This document shows, piece by piece, positions 44,133-53,268 of a stretch of DNA of 64,000 nucleotides (position 1 is the first letter of the stretch; every line of letters starts with the position of its first letter). The translations under genes were made by a program, and so were the position numbers. The notes below the pieces were generated by a model, which was not told the origin of the DNA, ran no database searches, and saw only the letters and a program-made list of their open reading frames with translations. The stretch comes from an uncultured Planctomycetota bacterium (GTDB taxonomy: Bacteria > Planctomycetota > Planctomycetia > Isosphaerales > Isosphaeraceae). The stretch is from positions 128,001-192,000 of the forward strand of contig CAWJTV010000034.1 in NCBI GenBank assembly GCA_963845755.1, given 5' to 3'.

Positions 44133-45386
44133 ATGAACTTGAGCCGAAGAAGCTTGCTCAAAGTTGCACTGGGAGCGCCAACGGGTGCGTGGCTTATGAA
44201 CGACACGGCCGCCGCGGCACCCCATACCGGTGAGGTGAAGATTACGAACATCAAGACCATGGGGCTTGATAATGTCGGAGATGGCTGCTTGATTCGGATC
44301 GAGACCGACGCCGGGCTTATCGGTTATGGTGAAGCCGGGCTTCCTTCCGCTGCCGCCCGGGCGCGCATCAAGATGATCGCGCCTCAGTTGATCGGTCAGG
44401 ATCCCCTCGCGATCGAGCGGCACTTTTACCGGTTGGCTAACACGCAGTATTCCTTCATGGCGAACATCCCGACTGTCAGCGGTATCGATATCGCACTCTG
44501 GGATCTCGCCGGAAAGATCACGGGGTACCCGATTTACCGCCTGCTCGGCGGACCAATCCGGAAGAACATTCCGGTTTACTCCCATGGCGGTCCGGCGGAC
44601 ATGCTCGACAAGGCACAGTGTAAGGCGTGGGCCGATCAGGTAAGATCGGCGCCGGAGGCATTCACCCTGTTCAAGTTCGGACTCGGCGGCCGGCCTGGCC
44701 CCGGGCGCGGCGGCGCAGGAGGGGCGGAGGGTCCATTCAGCCCGACCATCGACGGTGCGCAACTTCGGAGAGTGGCAAGAAGCTATGCGAACCTGCGCGA
44801 AGCACTCGGGGACGACATCGACATCGCCATGCATTGCGTCGGTCAATTCGATACGCCCAGCGCGATCGGTCTATGCAGGGCCATCGAATCGATCGATCCG
44901 ATGTTTATCGAGGACCCGCTGACGGTTCGCTATTCCGAGGCATGGCTCCAATTAAAGCGGGCGACGCGGGTGCCCCTGTTTGCGGGCGAGAAGGTCGAAC
45001 TCGTCGCCGGTTTTCGGCCATACCTCGACAACGGGGTATTGGATATGATTCACCCGGATGTCGCGTACTCCGGCGGAATCACCGGATGTCGGAAGATCGC
45101 CGATTACGCGGCCCTCACACGTACTCCGATCGGCATACACAGCGGGCCGTGTTCGCTGATCCGGTTCTATGCGTCCATGCATCTCGGTGCTGCGACGCAG
45201 AACTTCTTCAAAGTGGAGAACGCCCTGGGCGCTTTTCGGGGCCACAAAGAAAAGATGGCGCAGGGTCCGGAACCGGTGGTTCGGAACAGCGTATTCCCGG
45301 TTCCCGAGGGTCCGGGCCTCGGTCTGGATCTGAATGAGGACTGGCTCCGTGCGCATATCGCGAGCGGTGATACGTGGTGGGGATGA
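44133..45386 (+). CDS. Mandelate racemase/muconate lactonizing enzyme family (acid-sugar dehydratase-like) with Tat-like signal
   Basis: SRRSLLK; SGIDIALWDLAGK..PIYRLLGG, FIEDP, AGEK, HPDV..SGG, PEGPGLGL; AAGGAG RBS. Confidence 0.88.
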   Translation: MNLSRRSLLKVALGAPTGAWLMNDTAAAAPHTGEVKITNIKTMGLDNVGDGCLIRIETDAGLIGYGEAGLPSAAARARIKMIAPQLIGQDPLAIERHFYRLANTQYSFMANIPTVSGIDIALWDLAGKITGYPIYRLLGGPIRKNIPVYSHGGPADMLDKAQCKAWADQVRSAPEAFTLFKFGLGGRPGPGRGGAGGAEGPFSPTIDGAQLRRVARSYANLREALGDDIDIAMHCVGQFDTPSAIGLCRAIESIDPMFIEDPLTVRYSEAWLQLKRATRVPLFAGEKVELVAGFRPYLDNGVLDMIHPDVAYSGGITGCRKIADYAALTRTPIGIHSGPCSLIRFYASMHLGAATQNFFKVENALGAFRGHKEKMAQGPEPVVRNSVFPVPEGPGLGLDLNEDWLRAHIASGDTWWG

Positions 45387-45437
45387 CGCGGCTTTCGCCA
45401 GACTGGTAGACCGTGCTTGGCACGATCGAGGAACACC

Positions 45438-46373
45438 ATGGAACGAAGACGGTTTGTGAAATGCCTGTTGGGCGCCGGCGTCATCGCACCGTACGTCCAC
45501 GCACAGCCCGCACCCGATTGGGGCGGTCCCGTGCTTGATACCCACTTGCACCTGCGGAAGGACGCGGACGCGTGCTTCACACATATGCAAGGTTGCGGCG
45601 TCACGAACGCGATCCTCCTAACGCCCGCGACCGATCAGGAGAGGGCGAAACAGGAAATGGAACGTCGCCCGGGTCGCTTTGCGCGTTCGGTAAGAACCGA
45701 TCCGACAGTGCCGGATGCGGACAAGGTCTTACGCGACGCGCTCAAGGGCGGGGCGGTCAGTATTGGAGAGATGAAGTTTCATGTGGCGCTGGACTCGCCC
45801 GCGATGCGGCGCGTCTACGACATCGCCGCCGAACGGAACGTGCCAGTGATGATGCACATCCAGACGTTTCCCCATTTCCGGGGAGAAATTCCTTACAACA
45901 CCGGCTACCCTCAGTTCGACAAGGTCCTTCGAGCCTACCCGCGGACGATGTTCATCGGGCATGGCGACCTCTTTTGGGCCCATATCAGCGCCGATGTTCC
46001 GACAGATCGCGGCTATCCGGCCGGGCCGATCAAGCGTGATGGTCTTACGGATAAGTGGCTGTCCGACTTCCCGAACCTCTATGCAGACCTGTCGGCCAAT
46101 TCCGGAAACAACGCGCTGTCGCGCGACACAGAGTTCACGCGCGACTTCATCGTGCGGCACCAGAGAAAGCTGCTCTTCGGTAGCGATTGCAGTTGTACTG
46201 ACGGCAAGGGATCGGGTGTTTCTCAGAACAACAACCCCGAGGCGGCGAGACTGGCCGGCAAGTGCGTAGCACGCGAAACGCTCGGCCTGCTGAAACAGTT
46301 CGCGGCACCCGAGATCTTCCGAAGAGTGGTCTGGGAGAATGGAATCCAACTCTTCAAGCTTCGATTCTCGTAG
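45438..46373 (+). CDS. Amidohydrolase family (Amidohydro_2) with Tat-like signal
   Basis: RRRFVK; DTHLH, IGEMKFH, VMMH, FIGHG, YADLSANSG, LLFGSDC. Confidence 0.85.
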   Translation: MERRRFVKCLLGAGVIAPYVHAQPAPDWGGPVLDTHLHLRKDADACFTHMQGCGVTNAILLTPATDQERAKQEMERRPGRFARSVRTDPTVPDADKVLRDALKGGAVSIGEMKFHVALDSPAMRRVYDIAAERNVPVMMHIQTFPHFRGEIPYNTGYPQFDKVLRAYPRTMFIGHGDLFWAHISADVPTDRGYPAGPIKRDGLTDKWLSDFPNLYADLSANSGNNALSRDTEFTRDFIVRHQRKLLFGSDCSCTDGKGSGVSQNNNPEAARLAGKCVARETLGLLKQFAAPEIFRRVVWENGIQLFKLRFS

Positions 46374-46536
46374 CCCCTGACGTGTTGAGGAAGCCGTTCG
46401 GTGCTTCGGCCAGCAGCCTGGCACAACTCGGTCCCACACGCGTTTTGGGAACTAGCAGCCGCTGTAGTCCCGCCGCGGACCCGCCTCTCAAGGAACTTCA
46501 ACGTTCGGGACGCGACCGGCGCGTTCGACAGAATAG

Positions 46537-48594
46537 TCAACGACCGCCACCTTTCCATTTACGCTTCTCCTCCTGACGACGTGCTGTCTTCCGCCCCGGT
46601 CGGTAGCCCGGATTCGGCAAGCCGCGCTCGCCAACCGGCTCGCCCTTCGCTGGGTTGGCGACGGAATGGTAATGGTCGCCCTCGACTGTCCCATTCGCCT
46701 GTCGCCTCCTCGCTTCGAGGGCCTGACGCGGCGGTTGGGCCGGGATCAGGCAGTCGCACCCATTTCCGATGAGGTCTCCTCGCCCCGCCTTGAGCAAGGC
46801 CTCCCTCACCATGAAGTAGTTCTCGGGCTTGAAGAACTGCATCAGCGCCCGCTGCATCTTCCTGTCCCGCAGGCCTTTTGCGATGTAGACCTCTTGCCCC
46901 GTGAACGGGTCGAGCCCCGTGTGGAACATGCACGTGGCGATGTCGAACGGAGCCGGGATGAAGTCCTGGACCTGGTCGGGCCGATAGCCGTTCCGCTTCA
47001 AGAACACGGCCAGGTCGATCATCGCGTTCAGGTCGCTGCCCGGGTGCGAGGCGATGAAATACGGCACGACGTACTGCTTCTTGCCCGCTCGCCGACTGGC
47101 CTGCTGGAACGACTCGGCGAACCCGCGGAAATCGTCCGAGTCCGGCTTCTTCATGAGGCGCAGGACGTTGGAATCGGTGTGCTCGGGGGCCACCTTGAGA
47201 TGGCCGCCAACGTGGTGCTTTGCCAGCTCCGCGAGGTATTCCGGCGACTTCTGGGCCAGGTCCATCCGGATCCCCGATGCGACGAGGACCCTGTCGATAC
47301 CCGGCACCTCGCGACTCTTCCTCATCAAGTCCACCAGCGGGCCGTGATCGGTCCCCAGCAGCTTGCAGACCTTGGGATGCACGCACGAGAGCCGCTTGCA
47401 CCGCGCCTCCACTTCGGGGCGCGTGCAGCGCATCTGGTACATGTTCGCCGTCGGCCCGCCGATGTCGGAGACGACCCCGGAGAATTGAGCGTCTTGTCCC
47501 ATCCGATTCAGCTCGTCCAGGATCGATTCCTTCGATCGCGACTGGATGGTTCGCCCCTGATGCGCCGTGATCGAGCAGAACGTGCAGCCGCCGAAACAGC
47601 CACGCATGATCGTGACCGAGTCCTTCACGACCTCATAGGCGGGGATCTTCTGCCCCTTGTACATCGGGTGAGGCTTCCGCGTGTAGGCCAATCCATAGAT
47701 CCGGTCCATGTCCTCCTGGCTGACCGGGAGCGGCGGCGGGTTGCAGACGACCGCCTGACGGTCGTGATACTGGACCAGCCGGCGGGCATTCAGTGGGTTG
47801 GTCTCCTGGTGGATGATCTTGGTTGCCGTGGCGAAGCGGTGCCTGTCGGTCTTCACTTCTTCATAAGTGGGGAGGACGATGGCATCCTCGGGGACCGATT
47901 CGCTGGCACCCAGGGCGTAGGCTACCCCGCGCAGGTCGCGAAGGTCCTTCACCGACTCACCGGCCGCGAGCCTTCGGGCGATGGTCACGATCTGGTGCTC
48001 TCCCATGCCGAAGACGACCAGGTCGGCCTTGGCGTCGAGCATGATGGCCCGCCGGACGGTATCGCTCCAGTAGTCGTAGTGGGCGAGCCGGCGGAGCGAG
48101 GCTTCCACGCCACCGGCGATGATCGGCACGCCGGGAAAGGCTTCCCGGTGGCGCTGGCAGTAAGGGATGGTGGCACGGTCGGGCCGCAGGCCGATCCGAC
48201 CACCGGGCGAATAGGCGTCGTCGTTGCGAACTTTCTTGTTCGCCGTGTAGTGGTTAATCATGCTGTCCATGTTGCCGCCGCTGATGCCGAAGAACAGCCG
48301 AGGGCGGCCGAATCGCCGCCAGGGCTCGGCGCTCTGCCAGTCCGGCTGGCTCAGGATCGCGACCCGGAACCCGGCCGCCTCCAGCACCCGGCCGAGGATC
48401 CCCATCGCGAACGCCGGATGATCGACGTACGCATCGCCGGTGACAAACACCACATCCACGGATTCCCAGCCCCGCGCCTCCATCTCGGCGCGGCTGGCCG
48501 GCAAGTGCGGACGCTCCGGTGTCACGACCGGCAAGACCGGTAGCATCGTGGGCGGCAACGTTAGCTTCAGGGATGGCGGGAGAGTAGCGGGCAT
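46537..48594 (-). CDS. ygiQ: YgiQ family (UPF0313) radical SAM protein
   Basis: TGDAYVDHPAF, GNMDSMINHYT, RGCFGGCTFCSITAHQGR (CxxxCxxC), GGHLKVAPEH, PYFIASHPG. Confidence 0.93.
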   Translation of the reverse strand: MPATLPPSLKLTLPPTMLPVLPVVTPERPHLPASRAEMEARGWESVDVVFVTGDAYVDHPAFAMGILGRVLEAAGFRVAILSQPDWQSAEPWRRFGRPRLFFGISGGNMDSMINHYTANKKVRNDDAYSPGGRIGLRPDRATIPYCQRHREAFPGVPIIAGGVEASLRRLAHYDYWSDTVRRAIMLDAKADLVVFGMGEHQIVTIARRLAAGESVKDLRDLRGVAYALGASESVPEDAIVLPTYEEVKTDRHRFATATKIIHQETNPLNARRLVQYHDRQAVVCNPPPLPVSQEDMDRIYGLAYTRKPHPMYKGQKIPAYEVVKDSVTIMRGCFGGCTFCSITAHQGRTIQSRSKESILDELNRMGQDAQFSGVVSDIGGPTANMYQMRCTRPEVEARCKRLSCVHPKVCKLLGTDHGPLVDLMRKSREVPGIDRVLVASGIRMDLAQKSPEYLAELAKHHVGGHLKVAPEHTDSNVLRLMKKPDSDDFRGFAESFQQASRRAGKKQYVVPYFIASHPGSDLNAMIDLAVFLKRNGYRPDQVQDFIPAPFDIATCMFHTGLDPFTGQEVYIAKGLRDRKMQRALMQFFKPENYFMVREALLKAGRGDLIGNGCDCLIPAQPPRQALEARRRQANGTVEGDHYHSVANPAKGEPVGERGLPNPGYRPGRKTARRQEEKRKWKGGGR

Positions 48595-48970
48595 TCATCA
48601 ACGGGGGTCATCTCTTCCGGACAAGGCGGACCGTCGTCCGCCCTGTCGTGTGGGACACTCCAACGGCCTGCTTCGAGCAATGCCACCAACTTCTATTCTA
48701 TCTCGCCCGCCTGAAGTTGGATATATCCGCCCTCCGCCTGGATCGGCCCCCGGGATGCGCATCGACGGGGTGTTGTCGATGTCTCGGACTTTGGTAGGAG
48801 GGCTCTGGCCTTCGATCGGAATCGCGGGACAGAGCCGGCTCCTACCCGGTTCGAAATCTCTGGTTGACCAGACTCCGCGCGGGAGTCGCGAGGAAATCCG
48901 TTGCGGCCGCTCCTTAAAGTTTTCCTCCGTAAGATCCCTGCGCCGTGCGCGCAGTTGGGGGATCCTTTTC

Positions 48971-49082
48971 CGAATTCCGGATTCCGGATTCCGGATTCCG
49001 GATTCCCGAATCCACCTTCATCCGGAATCCGGAATTCGGAATCGTGAATGCCTCTTGGGTTGCGGCCGAAGGCCGCGTTAGG
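48971..49082. repeat. Inverted heptamer arrays plus GCGGCC-GAA-GGCCGC hairpin
   Basis: ATTCCGG x4 (48974-49001) facing CCGGAAT-type repeats (49022-49042); hairpin 49062-49076. Confidence 0.7.
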
Positions 49083-50669
49083 ATAGGGTCTTGAGCAGCT
49101 TTTGACCGTCGGCGACTCCCCAGCCGGAGCAGGGATCCCAGCCCGATTTGGCGAAGTAGTCGCCGTTGGTGCCGCTGGTGATATCTCGGAAGGCCCCATC
49201 CTGAGTACTCGTGTCGTAGAGCATCGGGTTGAGGAATCCCACGGGATGTCCGAGCGACTGGTTGAGCAGCGCGATGAGTCCGGCCCACAACGGGGCCACC
49301 GCGCTGGTCCCGCCGATCACCGTATCATCGCCGTTCGACGCGTACGGCGTAGCCGGTCTTGGGATCCGCGTCGCCGGCGACGTCGGGCAATCCCCGGCCG
49401 GCCTTGCCGGAACCCACCGCGGGTGGGACTCCCGCGCTCTTCTGATAGGCCGGCAGGGGGAACTCGGTGCTGATTCCTCCGCCGGTGGAACCACCGTTGG
49501 CACCATCGTTCCAGACAACCTCGCTCCCGATCGACGAGGCGGTGGCATTCAACGTCGTCCCGCCGCAGGCCAGCACATTGGGGCTCGACGCCGGGAAATC
49601 GACGTGGGGTGCGCCGTCATCGACGCCGTCGCTGGATCCGTTGTCGCCCGAGGCGACGCAGATGGTGATCCCCATGGCAGCCGCGGCCTGGAAGGCCTGG
49701 TCGAACTGCTGCATGGCCTGGTCGGTCCAGTTCAACTCGGGACCACCCCAACTGATCGAGATCACCGAGGGCTTGTTGACCGTATCGTGGATCGCCTTGG
49801 TGATCGCATCCAGGAATCCCTGGTCGGTGTTGGGACAGAAGTAGACGACGATCTTCGCCTTGGGCGCGACGGCCGACGCCACTTCGATGTCGAGCATCAC
49901 CTCACCGTCGGGTCCGCCCGGATCGCCAGTCGGCTGGTTCTTTCCGTGATCGACCGACACGCTCGACACATTGGGCATGGGCAGCTTCAGCGAGGAGAAG
50001 TAGGTCTCCAGGTCGGCCGTTGAGAAACCTCCTCCCAGCTCGATGATCCCGATGCACTGCCCGGACCCATCCACATTCGTGGGAAAGTCGTATAGCTGGG
50101 AAATCTGGGGCGGCGTGAACTGTGCCAGATCGCCACCCGATGCACGTGCACCCGCCGCGACGTCTCGGCGCCGGAAATGCGGCCGCGCCTGGGGACGATT
50201 GTCCAGTCCGAACACGCCGACCATGATGTTCTCGAGGTCGGCTGGGATCATGATCGGTCCCGTGCGACCGCGGAAGGTCCCACCATCAGGATGTGTGTAT
50301 TCCTGGAGCTTGACGCCGAACGCGGTGCCGATATCGGCGGCACGGCCCGAGAGGATCATGCTGCGCCGGGGCACGCTCGTTTCCACGACGGCCAGCTTGT
50401 GTGACTTGGCAAATGCCTCGACCCGAGCGACGTCTTCGGCCGAGGCGCCGTGGGCGTCGGCCAGTTCCTCCCGCGTCATGTACCGGCGTTTCTTGGGCGA
50501 CCTGGCCGAGGTCGATGCGGCCTGAACCGCCGCCGACAGCGGCGCGCGGCCGCAGCCGGACCGTCACTTCGACCCGTTCCTCCGGATGAACCGGGCCGAC
50601 CATCTTGAATTTCGCCATGGGAGGGCGATGGCTCCCCGCGAGCGGAATGTGCTTCGTCTGAGATGGCAT
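49078..50669 (-). CDS. Kumamolisin/sedolisin (S53) serine-carboxyl peptidase; frameshifts near 50543 and 49335
   Basis: Propeptide, IIELGGG, catalytic EVMLD, ISISWG, SGDNG, PDVAGDADP, GGTSAVAPLWAG, GWDPCSGWG. Confidence 0.92.
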
Positions 50670-51398
50670 GGAGAGTCTCCTCGAGAAATGGTGCAAAGGT
50701 GTAGGCCTTCGCGATCGTACGACAGCCTCTTCATCTCTCCCGGCCAGTCCGGCAGGGCCTGGCCATTCGATCAGGCAGGATCCACCGGGCTGCGTGCCCC
50801 TTCATCGCGGCGTCGATTCCGGCCAGGCAAGACCCCGCGGCGCCTCGACCCCGACGTCATCGCCTTGGAGGTCGCTCCATGGCGCCTCGGAGACGCGAGG
50901 CCGGATTCACCAGCCACTGTCCTTATCACGATCTTGCCGGTAAAAGCGCAATTGAAAAAAGGCACACGGCGAGCATCGTTCCAAAAGCGTGATGACCTCG
51001 GGAGATCCGTACCGAGCACCGAATCATGTGCGGAATACTTGCCGGCATGCTTGCATCCGCACCATCGGAAGACTCGGTCTCTACCAGAAATCGATTCCAG
51101 AGCCCGGGATGACAAGAATGTATGGACTTCGGTCCATCATCGACAGACCCTTCTATCCCGCCTCTTCAGAATGAAGAGGCTTCGAACCGGGCAAGAAGGA
51201 GCCTCGAGGGGTTCGAAGCCCAAGACATCTGAGACACCACGGTATCCCGAGACAAGAAACTCGGGTTTTCTTGAATCAGCGTTCGTGAGCGCTCAATTAG
51301 GTTGATGTCAGTATCCTTGGTTCTGCAAATTCTTGCATAAACTGACACGCTGCTCCCTGGCGTATCTACAGAAAAAGAGCTTTTTTTAGTCGAGGGAC

Positions 51399-51427
51399 TG
51401 GACGAGTTGCTTAGGACCCCGTATCAT
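51399..51427 (+). promoter_or_regulatory. Putative sigma70 promoter upstream of the DUF1559 gene
   Basis: TGGACG-17bp-TATCAT preceded by the A/T tract AAAAAGAGCTTTTTTT. Confidence 0.45.
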
Positions 51428-51974
51428 CCTGATTGATGAATTCGTTCGGTCTAACACCCACGATTGCTGCCGACATCCCGGGAGCCATCACTCCCCGAGC
51501 GGCATGCAATTCGGGTTTTTGTGATTACCCGCCTGCGAGCTGAGAAGAAACACTGGTGCGGTTGAACGGCCGCCGAGCCACTCACGACCCTGTGCGAGGG
51601 TCGGCACGGCGACTGTCCGGATCGTCGTCCCATTGAGCCTGGCCGGGGATTCCCGCGATTCGCTCGGGTGCATCGCGCGGGTCGCCGTGCGCTCGTTCTT
51701 CGTTTTGTGATTCTTAAGCGCGCATGCAACGCTCGTTCACGAGTCCGATCCAAGAAAAGTTGACGAGACGCTATGACCTCCATGAGTCGAGGCGGTTCGA
51801 TGGAAGAGTCCGAGGCAGTTGCTCCGGAGCTTTTGCCCAAGACTGCCGCTGGGCGGCGCTTGGTCGTGGCGAGCGATGTCGGTGTGCGTTGAAGGATAGG
51901 ATTCCCCATCGGAGGGAGAGTCCACGTTCGACAACCGTCGGTTATGTTGCCCCTGGCATTCTCTTGAGGTCCAC

Positions 51975-53144
51975 ATGAAGCCGAAACATCGCGGATTTAC
52001 GCTGATCGAGCTCTTGGTTGTGATCGCCATCATCGCCGTGCTGATCGCCCTACTGCTGCCGGCGGTCCAGGCGGCCCGCGAGGCCGCACGCCGTTCCCAG
52101 TGCGTGAACAATCTGAAGCAGATCGGGCTGGCGGTCCAGAACTACATTTCCTCCAACAGCTCGCTGCCGCCTCAGACCAGTTGGCCGACCATGGCCGCCA
52201 ATATGACGGGCAACACGCTCGGCTACCAGTGGGGGTTCACCTGGTATTACTCCATCATGCCGTTCCTGGAACAGACCCCCGTGTACAACGCGGTGAACTT
52301 CAACGTATCACCCATGGGGCCCCAGCAGGTTACGGCGGCGGCCATGAAGGTGAGCTCGCTCCTCTGCCCCGACGAATCAGGCAACCAGCAGCTCTACCCG
52401 CTCAGCGCGACGGGCTACTCGGGTTTCAGCGGCTACTTCGCCTCGACCAGTTACGTCGGTAATTATGGCGGTCCGGCGGCGATCCAGCCCTATAGCGGTG
52501 TCATCACTCCGGGGTACGACGTCGAAGGGATGTCCACGAGCACGCCCACTTCTGCGACGGGCCAGCTCCAGACCATCCGCCTGGCGTCGGTCACGGATGG
52601 GACGTCCAACACGGCCCTGTGCAGCGAACGGCTCCTCGCCTACAACGCTTATGGCACCACCTCGCTCGTCTATCCCGGGGGGGGGACTAACGCCATGCGC
52701 GCGATCTTCCAGGGAACGTACCCCGCGCCACCGAGTTCCGTCGGGGTCGGCATGCTGACGAACGCGAACCCGGCGGTCCTGTTCATGAAGGGATGCCAGA
52801 ACATTCCCTCCACCACGGGGGCCCTGTATACCAGCACCATCGGCATGGAAATGATCGCGGGACATCCCGCGTATACCACCTTGACGAGCTACGTTCACTG
52901 GACCACACCTAATACGGCTCCCTGCCAGAACTCGATCGATCTCTGGAATGTCTCACCGACTCTGAGCGTCGGGTTCATCGGCGCTGATGGCGCGCCCTCG
53001 GCGAACAGCAACCATCCCGGCGGAGTGAATGTCGGCTTCACCGACGGCTCCGTGCATTTCGTCAAGAACTCGGTCAACTACATCACGTGGTGGGCGCTGG
53101 GAACCCGGGCCATGGGCGAGGTGATCAGCTCGGATTCGTACTGA
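51975..53144 (+). CDS. DUF1559 prepilin-type N-terminal cleavage/methylation protein with H-X9-DG motif
   Basis: [67 protein letters not shown]. Confidence 0.95.
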   Translation: MKPKHRGFTLIELLVVIAIIAVLIALLLPAVQAAREAARRSQCVNNLKQIGLAVQNYISSNSSLPPQTSWPTMAANMTGNTLGYQWGFTWYYSIMPFLEQTPVYNAVNFNVSPMGPQQVTAAAMKVSSLLCPDESGNQQLYPLSATGYSGFSGYFASTSYVGNYGGPAAIQPYSGVITPGYDVEGMSTSTPTSATGQLQTIRLASVTDGTSNTALCSERLLAYNAYGTTSLVYPGGGTNAMRAIFQGTYPAPPSSVGVGMLTNANPAVLFMKGCQNIPSTTGALYTSTIGMEMIAGHPAYTTLTSYVHWTTPNTAPCQNSIDLWNVSPTLSVGFIGADGAPSANSNHPGGVNVGFTDGSVHFVKNSVNYITWWALGTRAMGEVISSDSY

Positions 53145-53187
53145 GCCCGCAGGCTCGGGACGACTCGACTCGTGAGGAAACCCAGAC

Positions 53188-53212
53188 AGCCGGGCGCCCG
53201 TGGCGCCCGGCT
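53188..53212. terminator. Hairpin between convergent genes
   Basis: AGCCGGGCGCC-CGT-GGCGCCCGGCT, 11-bp stem; no clear U tract. Confidence 0.45.
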
Positions 53213-53268
53213 CTCTCCCCCCTTGAGAGAATCCGGAAGGTTGAGGGTTGAACAAAGCCCGCTCTGAT

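Noticed and set aside
48971..49050. Possible CRISPR array
   Set aside because: Contiguous 7-mers with no unique spacers, and no cas genes in the window
51810..51850. GCAAAAGCTCCGG on the minus strand resembling part of a c-di-GMP-I riboswitch
   Set aside because: Antisense to the downstream gene, and the P1/P2 and GNRA elements are missing
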